IMG/VR virus record: IMGVR_UViG_3300043664_000006
Span: 1 to 51,038 of that record
DNA from: a virus
Lineage: Duplodnaviria; Caudoviricetes
Direction: 5' to 3' (one strand)
Length of the DNA stretch: 51,038 nucleotides
Shown here: positions 1-7,665 of the stretch, one piece after another
How positions within the stretch are numbered: the stretch's first letter is position 1
Layout: each line of letters begins with the position of its first letter
Translations under genes and position numbers: made by a program
The notes under the pieces: model-generated
Told to the model about the DNA's origin: nothing
Databases searched by the model: none
The model's input: only the letters and a program-made list of their open reading frames with translations

Positions 1-127
1 CTTGAGGACGCCGACAAGGCACTCCCCGCGTCATGACGCCGGCGAACCTGCTGCGGAACATCATCGATCCCGGCCTCGCGTTCATGGCCTCGGTGCTGGG
101 CCCGCGGCCAACCGTCACGCCGGCGGC
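1..127 (+). repeat. 127-bp terminal direct repeat, copy 1
   Basis: Identical to 50912-51038; cuts through coding sequence, consistent with an assembler k-mer overlap of a circular contig. Confidence 0.97.
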
Positions 128-527
128 CAGAGTCATGCTGCTCGCGATCTCCGGCCAGGAGGGCGATTTCTCAAAGCGCCGGCAGATCGGGGGACCGGCC
201 AGGTCATACTGGCAGATGGAACGCGGCGGCGGTGTGGCTGGTGTGCTGGCGCACCATGTCACCGGGCCAATGGCCGCTAAGGTCTGCGACGCGCTGGACA
301 TCCCCGGCGACCTGACAACGGTGTTCGAGGCCGTGGCATGGTCCGACCATCTCGCGGTGGCGATGGCCCGGCTGCTGCTGTGGACCGATGTGACGCCTCT
401 CCCCACGGTCGGACAACAGGCTGTCGCCTACGCTTGCTACGCGGGCCTGTGGCGGCCGGGAAAGCCTGGGCCGGATCGCTGGCCTGACAATTACAGTGCG
501 GCACAGGCCGCCGTGGGGACGCCGTGA
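33..527 (+). CDS. Putative endolysin (lysozyme-like, BPP-1 Bbp11-type)
   Basis: Motifs MLLAISGQE..RRQIGGPARSYWQMERGGGV and ARLLLWTD..LP; follows holin and lipoprotein genes across the circular junction. Confidence 0.75.
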   Translation: MTPANLLRNIIDPGLAFMASVLGPRPTVTPAARVMLLAISGQEGDFSKRRQIGGPARSYWQMERGGGVAGVLAHHVTGPMAAKVCDALDIPGDLTTVFEAVAWSDHLAVAMARLLLWTDVTPLPTVGQQAVAYACYAGLWRPGKPGPDRWPDNYSAAQAAVGTP

Positions 528-745
528 GCACCCCCGATAGCGAGGACCAGCCCAACAAAGACGCGGCACGGCACAAAGCGGGGCTACAGGCCGCGCTGGA
601 AACGTGGAGGGAGGGCTGCCCAACAGAACCGATGGAACACGATTACTTCCTGCGCCTGATGGAAAAGGCCATTTCCGCCTACCATGCCCAGACAGGTGTG
701 GTTCCGCCCTACCCGATCGATCCGAACAAATGGTACACCCGCTGA
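524..745 (+). CDS. Hypothetical protein
   Basis: GTGA overlap with the endolysin stop; plausible composition. Confidence 0.6.
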   Translation: MSTPDSEDQPNKDAARHKAGLQAALETWREGCPTEPMEHDYFLRLMEKAISAYHAQTGVVPPYPIDPNKWYTR

Positions 746-752
746 TCCGCGC

Positions 753-780
753 TTGACCCCCTCCACGCCGGGGATACGAT
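753..780 (+). promoter_or_regulatory. Sigma70-like promoter
   Basis: TTGACC (753-758), 16 nt, TACGAT (775-780). Confidence 0.5.
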
Positions 781-786
781 CCTCTG

Positions 787-878
787 GCCACAATCTCGGA
801 GTCCCTATGTAGGCACCCAGAGCATCGCATCGCACTCATTTGCAATTCAGAGCGCCAGCCCCCCGAGGCTGGCGTTTT
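787..878 (+). ncRNA. Candidate ~90-nt small RNA
   Basis: Lies between the promoter above and a terminator; the only RBS-linked ORF is GGAG-N5-ATG-TAG. Confidence 0.35.
853..878 (+). terminator. Rho-independent terminator
   Basis: CGCCAGCC-ccccga-GGCTGGCG followed by TTTT. Confidence 0.8.
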
Positions 879-1114
879 GCGTTTCAGGCCGAATAAATCT
901 CACCGTATTGCCGGCGCGGAACGGTGAGCACCCCACTATACCACGACAACAAAGGGGGCCTTCAGCCTGCATCACGCAGCCCCATCCCCTACCCCGGTCT
1001 TAGCGCCAGTGTGCCCTTGGTAGGGCCAGCCGCCCACACGCGGGTAAGCATGACGGTTCACTGGATGCAGTTGGGAGCGTCGTCCGGTGCGGGTCTTATC
1101 AGCCGGTTCCGCAC

Positions 1115-1157
1115 AAAAGAAAACGGGGACCGACGCCCGAAACGTCTGCCATCCCCG
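1115..1157 (-). terminator. Rho-independent terminator, minus strand
   Basis: CGGGGA..TCCCCG stem with an inner GACG/CGTC pair, followed on the minus strand by TTTTCTTTT. Confidence 0.55.
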
Positions 1158-1264
1158 CTCTCCTCGCGCACCCGGTCGGGGAATGAGATCCCTCCGGATG
1201 CGTCAAACCGCCGGCTCTGTTCCGCCCAGGAGTGGTGAAACGATCGGCGGATTCAGTGATCCTG

Positions 1265-1630
1265 TCAGGCGGCTTTCGTGAGGGGGTAAAACCAGTCCAG
1301 CGCCGCGTCGATCATCCCCTTGAACGCTGTTCGCGTCTCCGAGGGAAGCACCGAGCCGGCCGGCGGCAGCGTTTGAACGAGAGAGATGAGCGAAGCCGGG
1401 GCGGGACCAGCGCCGATCGCGCGCGTGCTCATCGCGGCGGCGCGAGCAGGCGTGGGCTTTGGCAGCGAACTGATCGACGCGGGTGGAGCGCCGGCGGCGG
1501 CCGCGAGCTTGTTCGCCGCTCGGGTGGCGGCTGCCTTTTTCGTCCGGGCGGCTATCTGCGCCTTGGTGGGAGTCTTGCGTGTGGTGGAGCTGGGTTGGCT
1601 GGCGGTCTCGCCGCTTGTTGATGCGGACAT
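1265..1630 (-). CDS. Basic Ala/Lys/Thr-rich hypothetical protein
   Basis: ATG at 1630 with an AGAGAGG RBS; KTPTKAQIAARTKKAAATRAANK segment and a helical C-terminus. Confidence 0.65.
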   Translation of the reverse strand: MSASTSGETASQPSSTTRKTPTKAQIAARTKKAAATRAANKLAAAAGAPPASISSLPKPTPARAAAMSTRAIGAGPAPASLISLVQTLPPAGSVLPSETRTAFKGMIDAALDWFYPLTKAA

Positions 1631-1702
1631 GTTGGTGAGCCTCTCTGATGGAAAACGGCGAGACGGTAATGAGATACCGTGGCGGGAGCAAATTAACGTG
1701 CA

Positions 1703-1901
1703 CACTGGCCCCGGAAACTCGCGAACCGGACGCAGTTCAGGCCACTTCTCGCATCATGTGGGCACGGGAAACCGCGGCTCGCGGGTAGGAGCACTGTTTT
1801 GGTAAGGGAAAGGTCGAGAGTTCGATCCCCTCCAGCAGCATCAACGGTTTTTCAGCTTTCAGGCGAAATCAGCAGGCGGGTTTCCGGTGCCACTGGCCCC
1901 G
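1703..1901. repeat. Putative integrase arm-type sites flanking the attP core
   Basis: TGGCCCCGGAAAC (1706-1718), GGGCACGGGAAAC (1760-1772), inverted TGGCACCGGAAAC (1880-1892); CACTGGCCCCG directly repeated at 1703 and 1891. Confidence 0.55.
1799..1843 (+). other. attP core: 3' half of tRNA-Thr(GGT)
   Basis: TTGGTAA anticodon loop, GGGAA, AGGTC, GAGAG-TTCGATC-CCCTC T-arm, CAGCAGCA; about 60 nt from the integrase stop; no pairing 5' half. Confidence 0.85.
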
Positions 1902-1902
1902 T

Positions 1903-2946
1903 TTACGCGGACAGAGCTTCAATAGCTCGGCGTAGATAGTCCGGACTGTGCTTGGCATAGACCCGCTCCGTGATCCGAGAATCGCGATGGCCGAGCAGCC
2001 GGGCGATTTCGGAGAACGGCACACCGCGCATCGTCATCCAGGTCGCCGCCGTGTGCCGTAGGATGTGCGGCGTCACGCCTGGCAGGTTGGCGCGCCTCGC
2101 GGCGGCCCGGGTACCCGTCTTCACGCTGGCCACGGGTTTGCCACCATGCTCGATCACGTGTTCGCAGGTCGCCGCCGCCCGTGCGTCTCTCAGGACAGGC
2201 AGCAACTTCGCGCCGATCGGCACGACCGCCCTCCCCTTGCCGCCAGGCGCATCGCCGAGGTCGATCAATCCCGCGTTGAAGTCGACCTGGCCCCAGGTCA
2301 GCTCGAGAACCGCCCCAGCTCGCGCGGCCGTGTAGAGGCATATAGCGAGAAACGTCTTGACGTGCGGGGCCAGGGCTGATCCCAGGAGACGATCGGCCTC
2401 CTCGAGGGAAAGCCAGCGGTCCCTTGGCGCCGGCTGGCGGGGAACCTCGATTTTCGGGACGTCGCTGATCCATTTTCCCTCGAGCGCCCATTTCAAAGCC
2501 GCTCGAAGTGTCACCAGTTCGCGGATGATCGTGCCGTCGCGAATCGGTTTCTTCCGCCTGGTGGCCTTCGGCCCCACGATGTGCCCTTCGGCCCGCCGTT
2601 GTCTGGCGTAGAACCGCGCCCGCTCTTTGGTCAGGTGGTCCGGCTGCAAATCCCCGAGGTGACGCCTGAGCGCATTGCCGGCGGCCTCCAGGGTGGCGTA
2701 CGCGCGTACGACTGGCTTGCGATCAGCGAGATACCCGTCGAGGATCAGCGAGACGGTGGGTTGTTCCGGGGGGGCGGGAGTTCCCCGTCCGGCGACGAAT
2801 TGCGCGAGCCAGATTGAGGCGCGGCGCTTGTCTGTCTCCCCAGTTGAAATGCGTTGCCACGTCCCGTTCTGCCACCAACGGACATAGAAACGATCTCCGC
2901 GCCGGGCGAGCCGGTAGTTTGGGGCGTCGAGTTTGGGCCGCGCCAT
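1903..2946 (-). CDS. int: Tyrosine integrase
   Basis: N-terminal arm-binding beta segment; catalytic R (TAARAG), HILRH, LLGH and Y (RVYAK); adjacent to attP. Confidence 0.95.
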   Translation of the reverse strand: MARPKLDAPNYRLARRGDRFYVRWWQNGTWQRISTGETDKRRASIWLAQFVAGRGTPAPPEQPTVSLILDGYLADRKPVVRAYATLEAAGNALRRHLGDLQPDHLTKERARFYARQRRAEGHIVGPKATRRKKPIRDGTIIRELVTLRAALKWALEGKWISDVPKIEVPRQPAPRDRWLSLEEADRLLGSALAPHVKTFLAICLYTAARAGAVLELTWGQVDFNAGLIDLGDAPGGKGRAVVPIGAKLLPVLRDARAAATCEHVIEHGGKPVASVKTGTRAAARRANLPGVTPHILRHTAATWMTMRGVPFSEIARLLGHRDSRITERVYAKHSPDYLRRAIEALSA

Positions 2947-3116
2947 TGCCGTGCCTCGTATGCTTCCCGGTCGGACTGACGAACGCGGATCAACCTACCG
3001 ATGAGAATGTGGCCCAACGCCCCGCTGGCGCAAAGGTCATAGACATGCCTGGGAGAGACCGCCCAGGCACGGGCGAGTTGAGGGACGGAGTAGGCGAAGG
3101 GGCCGGATTCACTCAC
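2745..3116 (-). CDS. xis: Excisionase-like HTH protein
   Basis: YSVPQLARAWAVSPRHVYDLCASGAL..IGRLIRV resembles HTH_17; GTG start coupled to the upstream stop; tail overlaps int. Confidence 0.75.
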   Translation of the reverse strand: MSESGPFAYSVPQLARAWAVSPRHVYDLCASGALGHILIGRLIRVRQSDREAYEARQWRGPNSTPQTTGSPGAEIVSMSVGGRTGRGNAFQLGRQTSAAPQSGSRNSSPDGELPPPRNNPPSR

Positions 3117-3334
3117 GGTGGCGTCCACTTCCAGAAGCCTTGCGCTCCCCTTGCTGGGATGGGCTTTCGGGTCGCCAGCGCCTCGGCTGTGGCATAGCCC
3201 TGTGCGGCGGTGTCCCCGTCCGCGATGGATTCCCGCCGATCTTCGAGACACCGCTCTCGGTGCTTGTGGCATGCGCCCATCGCCGCCCTGAGGCCGTCGA
3301 GATAGGTGCGCTCACCCATCGATCGGCTCCCCAC
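3113..3334 (-). CDS. Hypothetical protein with an ASCH-like C-terminal motif
   Basis: Ends PIPARGAQGFWKW; in the early left operon. Confidence 0.5.
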   Translation of the reverse strand: MGSRSMGERTYLDGLRAAMGACHKHRERCLEDRRESIADGDTAAQGYATAEALATRKPIPARGAQGFWKWTPP

Positions 3335-3340
3335 CTTTGC

Positions 3341-3616
3341 TCACGACGACATCGCGCGGAATGTGCGCAGTTCGAGCCTGACGATCCGCTCCGAGGCGTG
3401 CTGCGACGCGCTCTGGATGCGCCGGGCCAGGGGTGCCAACGACTCGGCCACGTGACGCCTTCCGTTCATCAGCGGCATGTGTCGCATCCCGAGTCCGCCG
3501 GGCAGGGGTATATCCGCGGCGATCATGCTCTCTCCGCCAGCGGCGTAATGTGCAATCCAGATGTGGACTTCCATGAACGGCGCGCCGGCCGGAGATTCGA
3601 TGAGGAGGTCAGGCAT
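3341..3616 (-). CDS. Hypothetical protein
   Basis: ATG at 3616 with an RBS; operon context. Confidence 0.6.
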   Translation of the reverse strand: MPDLLIESPAGAPFMEVHIWIAHYAAGGESMIAADIPLPGGLGMRHMPLMNGRRHVAESLAPLARRIQSASQHASERIVRLELRTFRAMSS

Positions 3617-3887
3617 CGCTCGGCTCTCCGCACGGGAGGGGGAACATCGAAGGCGGGACAACGATATCGACGATGTTCGGGTCTCCGCATGCCGGCTCGG
3701 TTCCAGCGCGGGCCTTGCGCGCGGCGCGTGGCTTGCGGGTGACGATCGCCAGCATCTCGGCCAGCTCGTCTCTGCAAGCAGTCGCGATCTCCGCTCTCCG
3801 GGTGTGGGTCGCCATCTCCAGTTCCAGCTGGTTGATCCGGTCGCGCAACGCCTGGGTTGCGGGGTCGTTTGGGATTATGTCGCTCAT
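3609..3887 (-). CDS. Hypothetical coiled-coil protein
   Basis: ATGA coupling; LRDRINQLELEM heptads. Confidence 0.6.
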   Translation of the reverse strand: MSDIIPNDPATQALRDRINQLELEMATHTRRAEIATACRDELAEMLAIVTRKPRAARKARAGTEPACGDPNIVDIVVPPSMFPLPCGEPSDA

Positions 3888-4183
3888 GTCATTGCCTTTC
3901 GGTGTTGGTTGCTCTCGACCCAGAGTCTCGCGGCTATCTGAGAGAGGTCCAGTCCGTGCCTCACTTCAAAGGTGCGTGACCCGATTGAATGGATTTCCGC
4001 ATGGTGTTCAAAACAAAATTGCGCTGAGTATTGATCTGACGGCTTTAACGCCACGCCAGCGCCTTTGCGGATGTGATGCGCCTGGATCATCTCCCCCTGG
4101 CAGCCCGGAACCGAGCACGGCAGCGTGCGCAGCCAGGCTAAGTGCCGGGGTGAGCGGTGGCGCTCGGTTTTGGGGAGGAGCAT
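3884..4183 (-). CDS. DUF968-like Zn-binding putative nuclease
   Basis: RSPRHLAWLRTLPC..C, QAHHIR, KPSD...FC.EHH.EIH motifs; TGATG coupling. Confidence 0.75.
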   Translation of the reverse strand: MLLPKTERHRSPRHLAWLRTLPCSVPGCQGEMIQAHHIRKGAGVALKPSDQYSAQFCFEHHAEIHSIGSRTFEVRHGLDLSQIAARLWVESNQHRKAMT

Positions 4184-4416
4184 CAGTTCGGTACCCACTC
4201 ACCATCCGGCGGGAGCTTCGCGTTCTCCCAACCGTCATACTCCCGCGCTCGCTGCCAGCGGCCTTTGACGCCCATCTGACGCGCGCCGTCGGGCTTGTAG
4301 GGCTTCCAGCGATACGTCGTGACCGTGGTCACGCGGACGTTGACATACATCGTGTCCGTTGGGCGCAGTTCCGAGGTTGGGCGCCACTCGGTTTCGGCGG
4401 GAATGTCCGTCATCAC
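4183..4416 (-). CDS. Hypothetical protein
   Basis: Coupled to neighbours on both sides. Confidence 0.65.
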   Translation of the reverse strand: MMTDIPAETEWRPTSELRPTDTMYVNVRVTTVTTYRWKPYKPDGARQMGVKGRWQRAREYDGWENAKLPPDGEWVPN

Positions 4417-5066
4417 GCCGCCTCGATCAGCACGCGGTTGTCGTTCGCGAAGAAGCCAGATGCTCGCGCTTTGACAAGCATTTCATCGCGCATATCGAGG
4501 AATTCGCGGAGCGCCGCGCTCATCTTGGCGATGTAGGGTTCGTCCCTTTCGACGCGGATCAAGGCCGGCGGCAGATCAGGATGATACGCGAATAGATCAA
4601 CGTGACTTAGTTCTGCTACGGCAAGCTGGCCCTGGACCTGTTGTTTGAAATCATCCTCCGGGCCGTCGATCAGGATAGCCATGTGCCCTTCGTCGAGGCG
4701 ACATTTGACCTCGACAGCGCCACGCGTGCCGACGATGAGGCGGTCCGGGCTGCATCCGACCCGCCCGTCGTCGGTCGTAATGAAGCCGACGAGCTTCGTC
4801 TCGGCGTCTGTGATGAACTCGTATTGCTGGATGGCGATCGGCTCAAGCATCCGGCCGCGTTCCATCGCGAACGTGTTCAGCGGCGGCTTCTCCAGGGGCT
4901 TACCCATCAGTGTCTCCGCTACCAATGCGAAGGCATATTTCCGGGCGGACTTTGAGAGGTCGCCGCGCGCTGCTGTCACGATCCTGTGGAATTCGCTCGC
5001 TGTAGGAATCCCGAGGCGCGCCTTGATCCACTCGGGCGAACCCTGCTGCACATCTATGATCTTCAT
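4413..5066 (-). CDS. YqaJ/lambda-exonuclease family protein
   Basis: QGSPEW..ARLGIPTASEF, MERG..LEP, GCSPD, EVKC, QVQGQL. Confidence 0.92.
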   Translation of the reverse strand: MKIIDVQQGSPEWIKARLGIPTASEFHRIVTAARGDLSKSARKYAFALVAETLMGKPLEKPPLNTFAMERGRMLEPIAIQQYEFITDAETKLVGFITTDDGRVGCSPDRLIVGTRGAVEVKCRLDEGHMAILIDGPEDDFKQQVQGQLAVAELSHVDLFAYHPDLPPALIRVERDEPYIAKMSAALREFLDMRDEMLVKARASGFFANDNRVLIEAA

Positions 5067-5683
5067 AAGGATACTCCGTTGCTCATCTGAAGGACGTAAG
5101 CCTCGACATTCTTGCGGGCGTCCATCGCGGCTTCGAGGCTATCGAAGGTGCCTATGGTGATGTAGACTTTCCACTTTCCACGTTCCGTGTTGAACGTGAT
5201 GCCCGTCATGCCACTCCTGCCGTGTGCGCGCTTATTGCGCTGCTGCTCCGAGCGGGTTGCCCATTTGCAGTTTCCGGGTTCGTAGTCTCCGTCGTTTTCG
5301 ATTCGATCGAGCGAGTGAGCAGCGCTCGGCTTTGCACCCATATCGGCAAGGAAGTTGGTAAAGGCATTCCAGCGCTCGCAGACTTTGATGCCGCGTCCGC
5401 CGTAGTATCTGTAGGCGGCGTTCTTTGGATTGTGACATCGAGTGCGCATATTTACCCAACTGTTGTGTTCGGGTGATTTCCAACGCCCGTTCGCCGTCCT
5501 TCGCAAGCAGCCGCACGTCGTGGTGTGGCCGCATGTGAGGTTGGACCGAAAAGCGGTGATCTGGCCTCCGCAGTCGCACTTGCATATCCACGCTCGGCCT
5601 CGACTTGCGGGGTTGCTTGCATCAAGTGAAAGCGCGACCAGTCGCCCGAACTTCTGGCCCGTCAGATCGATCGGCCCTGTCAT
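5063..5683 (-). CDS. HNH endonuclease with a short AP2-like C-terminus
   Basis: DLTGQKFGRL, WICKCDCG, YGGRGIKVCERW, SLDRIENDGDYEPGNCKWAT..EQ..N. Confidence 0.88.
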   Translation of the reverse strand: MTGPIDLTGQKFGRLVALSLDASNPASRGRAWICKCDCGGQITAFRSNLTCGHTTTCGCLRRTANGRWKSPEHNSWVNMRTRCHNPKNAAYRYYGGRGIKVCERWNAFTNFLADMGAKPSAAHSLDRIENDGDYEPGNCKWATRSEQQRNKRAHGRSGMTGITFNTERGKWKVYITIGTFDSLEAAMDARKNVEAYVLQMSNGVSL

Positions 5684-6489
5684 GCCGCCGCTCCTGTGTT
5701 CAATGCCGTCCGCTGGGCTCGTTGGCTCTTCTTGCTCAGAAGAGCGTTTTTAAGCCGGGCGAATTCACCAGCCGGGATTTCCTTGATCGACCGCAGGTGG
5801 GAAAAGCCGAAGCTGTCGAGGAACCCGCGTTCGTTGGTCTGAACCGCTGTCGGATCGAACGCGACATCCGCGATCAACTTGTACAGCAGATCGACCGGCG
5901 CCTGACCGATCAGCTCGCCGGTATCCTCGCGACGATTGCGGTTCCCGTCATTGTCGTCGTTCGCCAAGACCACGTTGAAAATCATGCACGTCAAATACCT
6001 GCGCAGATAAGACACCGTTGAAGCCAGCCCGTGCAGTTGCGTTTTGTTCGCTTTGCCCTGGGGGCCCGCGGTGTCCGGTGCGGCCTCAAGCTGGAACTTC
6101 TTGGCGTGTCCCGAGACGTGCGAGCACTCGCAGACGATCCGCTCGTTCGGTCCGTCGATCGACTCCGAATTGAATTCGAGGATGAAGCCGTGCTTCGTGT
6201 AGATCGGCCGGATCGCGGCGTCGATCGTCTCGAGCCGTGCGTATTTGCTCCGGGTCTGGTCGTTCGTGGCATCCCGCACGACGGGCAGCATCTCGCCCTG
6301 CGCCGCGGCCATCGCCCGGTTGTATTGAAGCCTGGCGTCGTCGGCGACGATCTCGCGCTGCATGCGCATCAAGGCTTCGAGTTTGGTGACGTCGATGGAG
6401 GGATCACGCACCGCGCGGGCCACGAAGTTGAGGAGGGAGTCCGGCGCCTCCGTCATGCCGGATGCCTCGATCTTGGCGATCTCGTTCAT
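5680..6489 (-). CDS. erf: ERF-family single-strand annealing protein
   Basis: KYARLETID..IRP...KHG, STVSYLRRY, DDNDGN; next to the exonuclease. Confidence 0.88.
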   Translation of the reverse strand: MNEIAKIEASGMTEAPDSLLNFVARAVRDPSIDVTKLEALMRMQREIVADDARLQYNRAMAAAQGEMLPVVRDATNDQTRSKYARLETIDAAIRPIYTKHGFILEFNSESIDGPNERIVCECSHVSGHAKKFQLEAAPDTAGPQGKANKTQLHGLASTVSYLRRYLTCMIFNVVLANDDNDGNRNRREDTGELIGQAPVDLLYKLIADVAFDPTAVQTNERGFLDSFGFSHLRSIKEIPAGEFARLKNALLSKKSQRAQRTALNTGAAA

Positions 6490-6638
6490 CTCAAATTCCT
6501 TTGTTGATCAGAAGAACCGGGGCGGTGCCGGCGGACGGTGCAGTGCGATAACGCGAGGGACACACTCACGATCAGCAGTGCTATCGCGGGGATGGCCAGG
6601 GCGACGAGGGAAACGAAGTTGGTGATGTCGTTGGACAT
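6486..6638 (-). CDS. 50-aa single-TM protein (not in the ORF track)
   Basis: MSNDITNFVSLVALAIPAIALLIVSVSLALSH...; its stop overlaps the erf ATG. Confidence 0.55.
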   Translation of the reverse strand: MSNDITNFVSLVALAIPAIALLIVSVSLALSHCTVRRHRPGSSDQQRNLR

Positions 6639-6641
6639 TGC

Positions 6642-6980
6642 TCAAATGTCCTTGTTGTCGTTGGCGCATTCCCACGCCTTCGCTTCGTTCTCGTCGAACC
6701 ACCTTTTGAGCGTCGCGATCTCGATCACTGTCAGCGGCCCAGGTGCATCCGAGGGAACGCCGTCGAATTCAGCGCCGATGAACTCAACCTCGAATTCCGC
6801 CGCTTCGGGTGGCTCCCAGTAGGACCCGCGCCAGCCGCGCGAGGTCATGGTCGCGGCGAACCGAACGGTGATGTCGCACTCGACCGGGCCGTACTCCTCG
6901 GTCTGCCGGATCAGCGTGGTGCCGATGGACAGGTCGTCGTTGGTGAGCATCAGTCCGTACTCCCGCCACTGGTTTTCCAA
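6642..6980 (-). CDS. Hypothetical acidic protein
   Basis: GSYWEPPE.AEFE motif seen in small phage early proteins. Confidence 0.65.
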   Translation of the reverse strand: MENQWREYGLMLTNDDLSIGTTLIRQTEEYGPVECDITVRFAATMTSRGWRGSYWEPPEAAEFEVEFIGAEFDGVPSDAPGPLTVIEIATLKRWFDENEAKAWECANDNKDI

Positions 6981-7204
6981 GGGTCCGTCGGTCCATTGTC
7001 CGGGTACTCTTCACGCGCTCCATCTTCGCTGTCGGGCGCGTCGTCCTCGCACATCGGGCAGTAAGCCGGGCCAGGGCAGCGACCCGGCATGTCTCCGGGG
7101 CAGCGGCAGGGCTGGGGGTGACGCCAGCGGTCCATCGCTTCGAACTCGCGCTCCTCGCGCTCCCAACGACGTTCCCTCTCGGCCGCGCTTTCCTGGACCA
7201 TCAC
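6950..7204 (-). CDS. Hypothetical Cys-rich protein
   Basis: CRC..DMPGRCPGPAYCPMC; ATGA coupling. Confidence 0.6.
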   Translation of the reverse strand: MMVQESAAERERRWEREEREFEAMDRWRHPQPCRCPGDMPGRCPGPAYCPMCEDDAPDSEDGAREEYPDNGPTDPWKTSGGSTD

Positions 7205-7560
7205 AGCACCCCGCCCTTGAGCGCCGTCGTCAGGCGGGTCATGTCGTCGTTGGCGACGACCCGTTTGGTGATGCCCACGGCCACGTTCCAGCGTTGGAAG
7301 TCCCGATCGACCGCGCGTGCCTCGCGGGCGTTGGCTGCCTCGATCCGCTCCAGTTCGTCGCTGAGGATGTCGGCGGCGCGATTCAGTTGAGAGGCCAGGA
7401 TCGCCAGCAGATCGTCTGCGTGGTCCAGCCTGTCGTTGGCCGCCGGGCTCGGCAGGACGAACGAGGCAAGTCCGCGACGCAGATCGGTGAGCGCGATCTG
7501 GTGTTCGTTGAGCGTCTGGGCGGCTGCGTGGATCGCCTGGGAGGGAGAGGGGGTTGGCAT
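7201..7560 (-). CDS. Hypothetical helical protein, first gene of the left early operon
   Basis: ATG at 7560 with a GGAG RBS, downstream of the PL-like promoter. Confidence 0.65.
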   Translation of the reverse strand: MPTPSPSQAIHAAAQTLNEHQIALTDLRRGLASFVLPSPAANDRLDHADDLLAILASQLNRAADILSDELERIEAANAREARAVDRDFQRWNVAVGITKRVVANDDMTRLTTALKGGVL

Positions 7561-7590
7561 CGGGGGTCTCCGCATCGGGTTTCGATGGGG

Positions 7591-7624
7591 ATAGTAAACA
7601 CTATGTGGACTTATCTGTCAACAG
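7591..7624 (-). promoter_or_regulatory. PL-like promoter with repressor operator
   Basis: TTGACA (7621-7616) and TTTACTAT; operator AGTAAAC-N5-GTGGACT (7593-7611); near-copy of the PR region. Confidence 0.75.
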
Positions 7625-7650
7625 AATGATTACCACTATCCGAAGAAATC

Positions 7651-7659
7651 TGCTATGCT
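7651..7659 (+). promoter_or_regulatory. Extended -10 promoter for the accessory island
   Basis: TGcTATGCT ending 6 nt before the ATG at 7666; no RBS, so probably leaderless. Confidence 0.45.
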
Positions 7660-7665
7660 GCCGGC

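Noticed and set aside
924-1238. 104-aa plus-strand ORF
   Set aside because: No clear RBS or protein-like composition; lies after a terminator in a hairpin-rich tract.
1765-1843. Functional tRNA-Thr gene
   Set aside because: The 5' acceptor strand and 5' anticodon stem do not pair with the 3' half; treated as attP.
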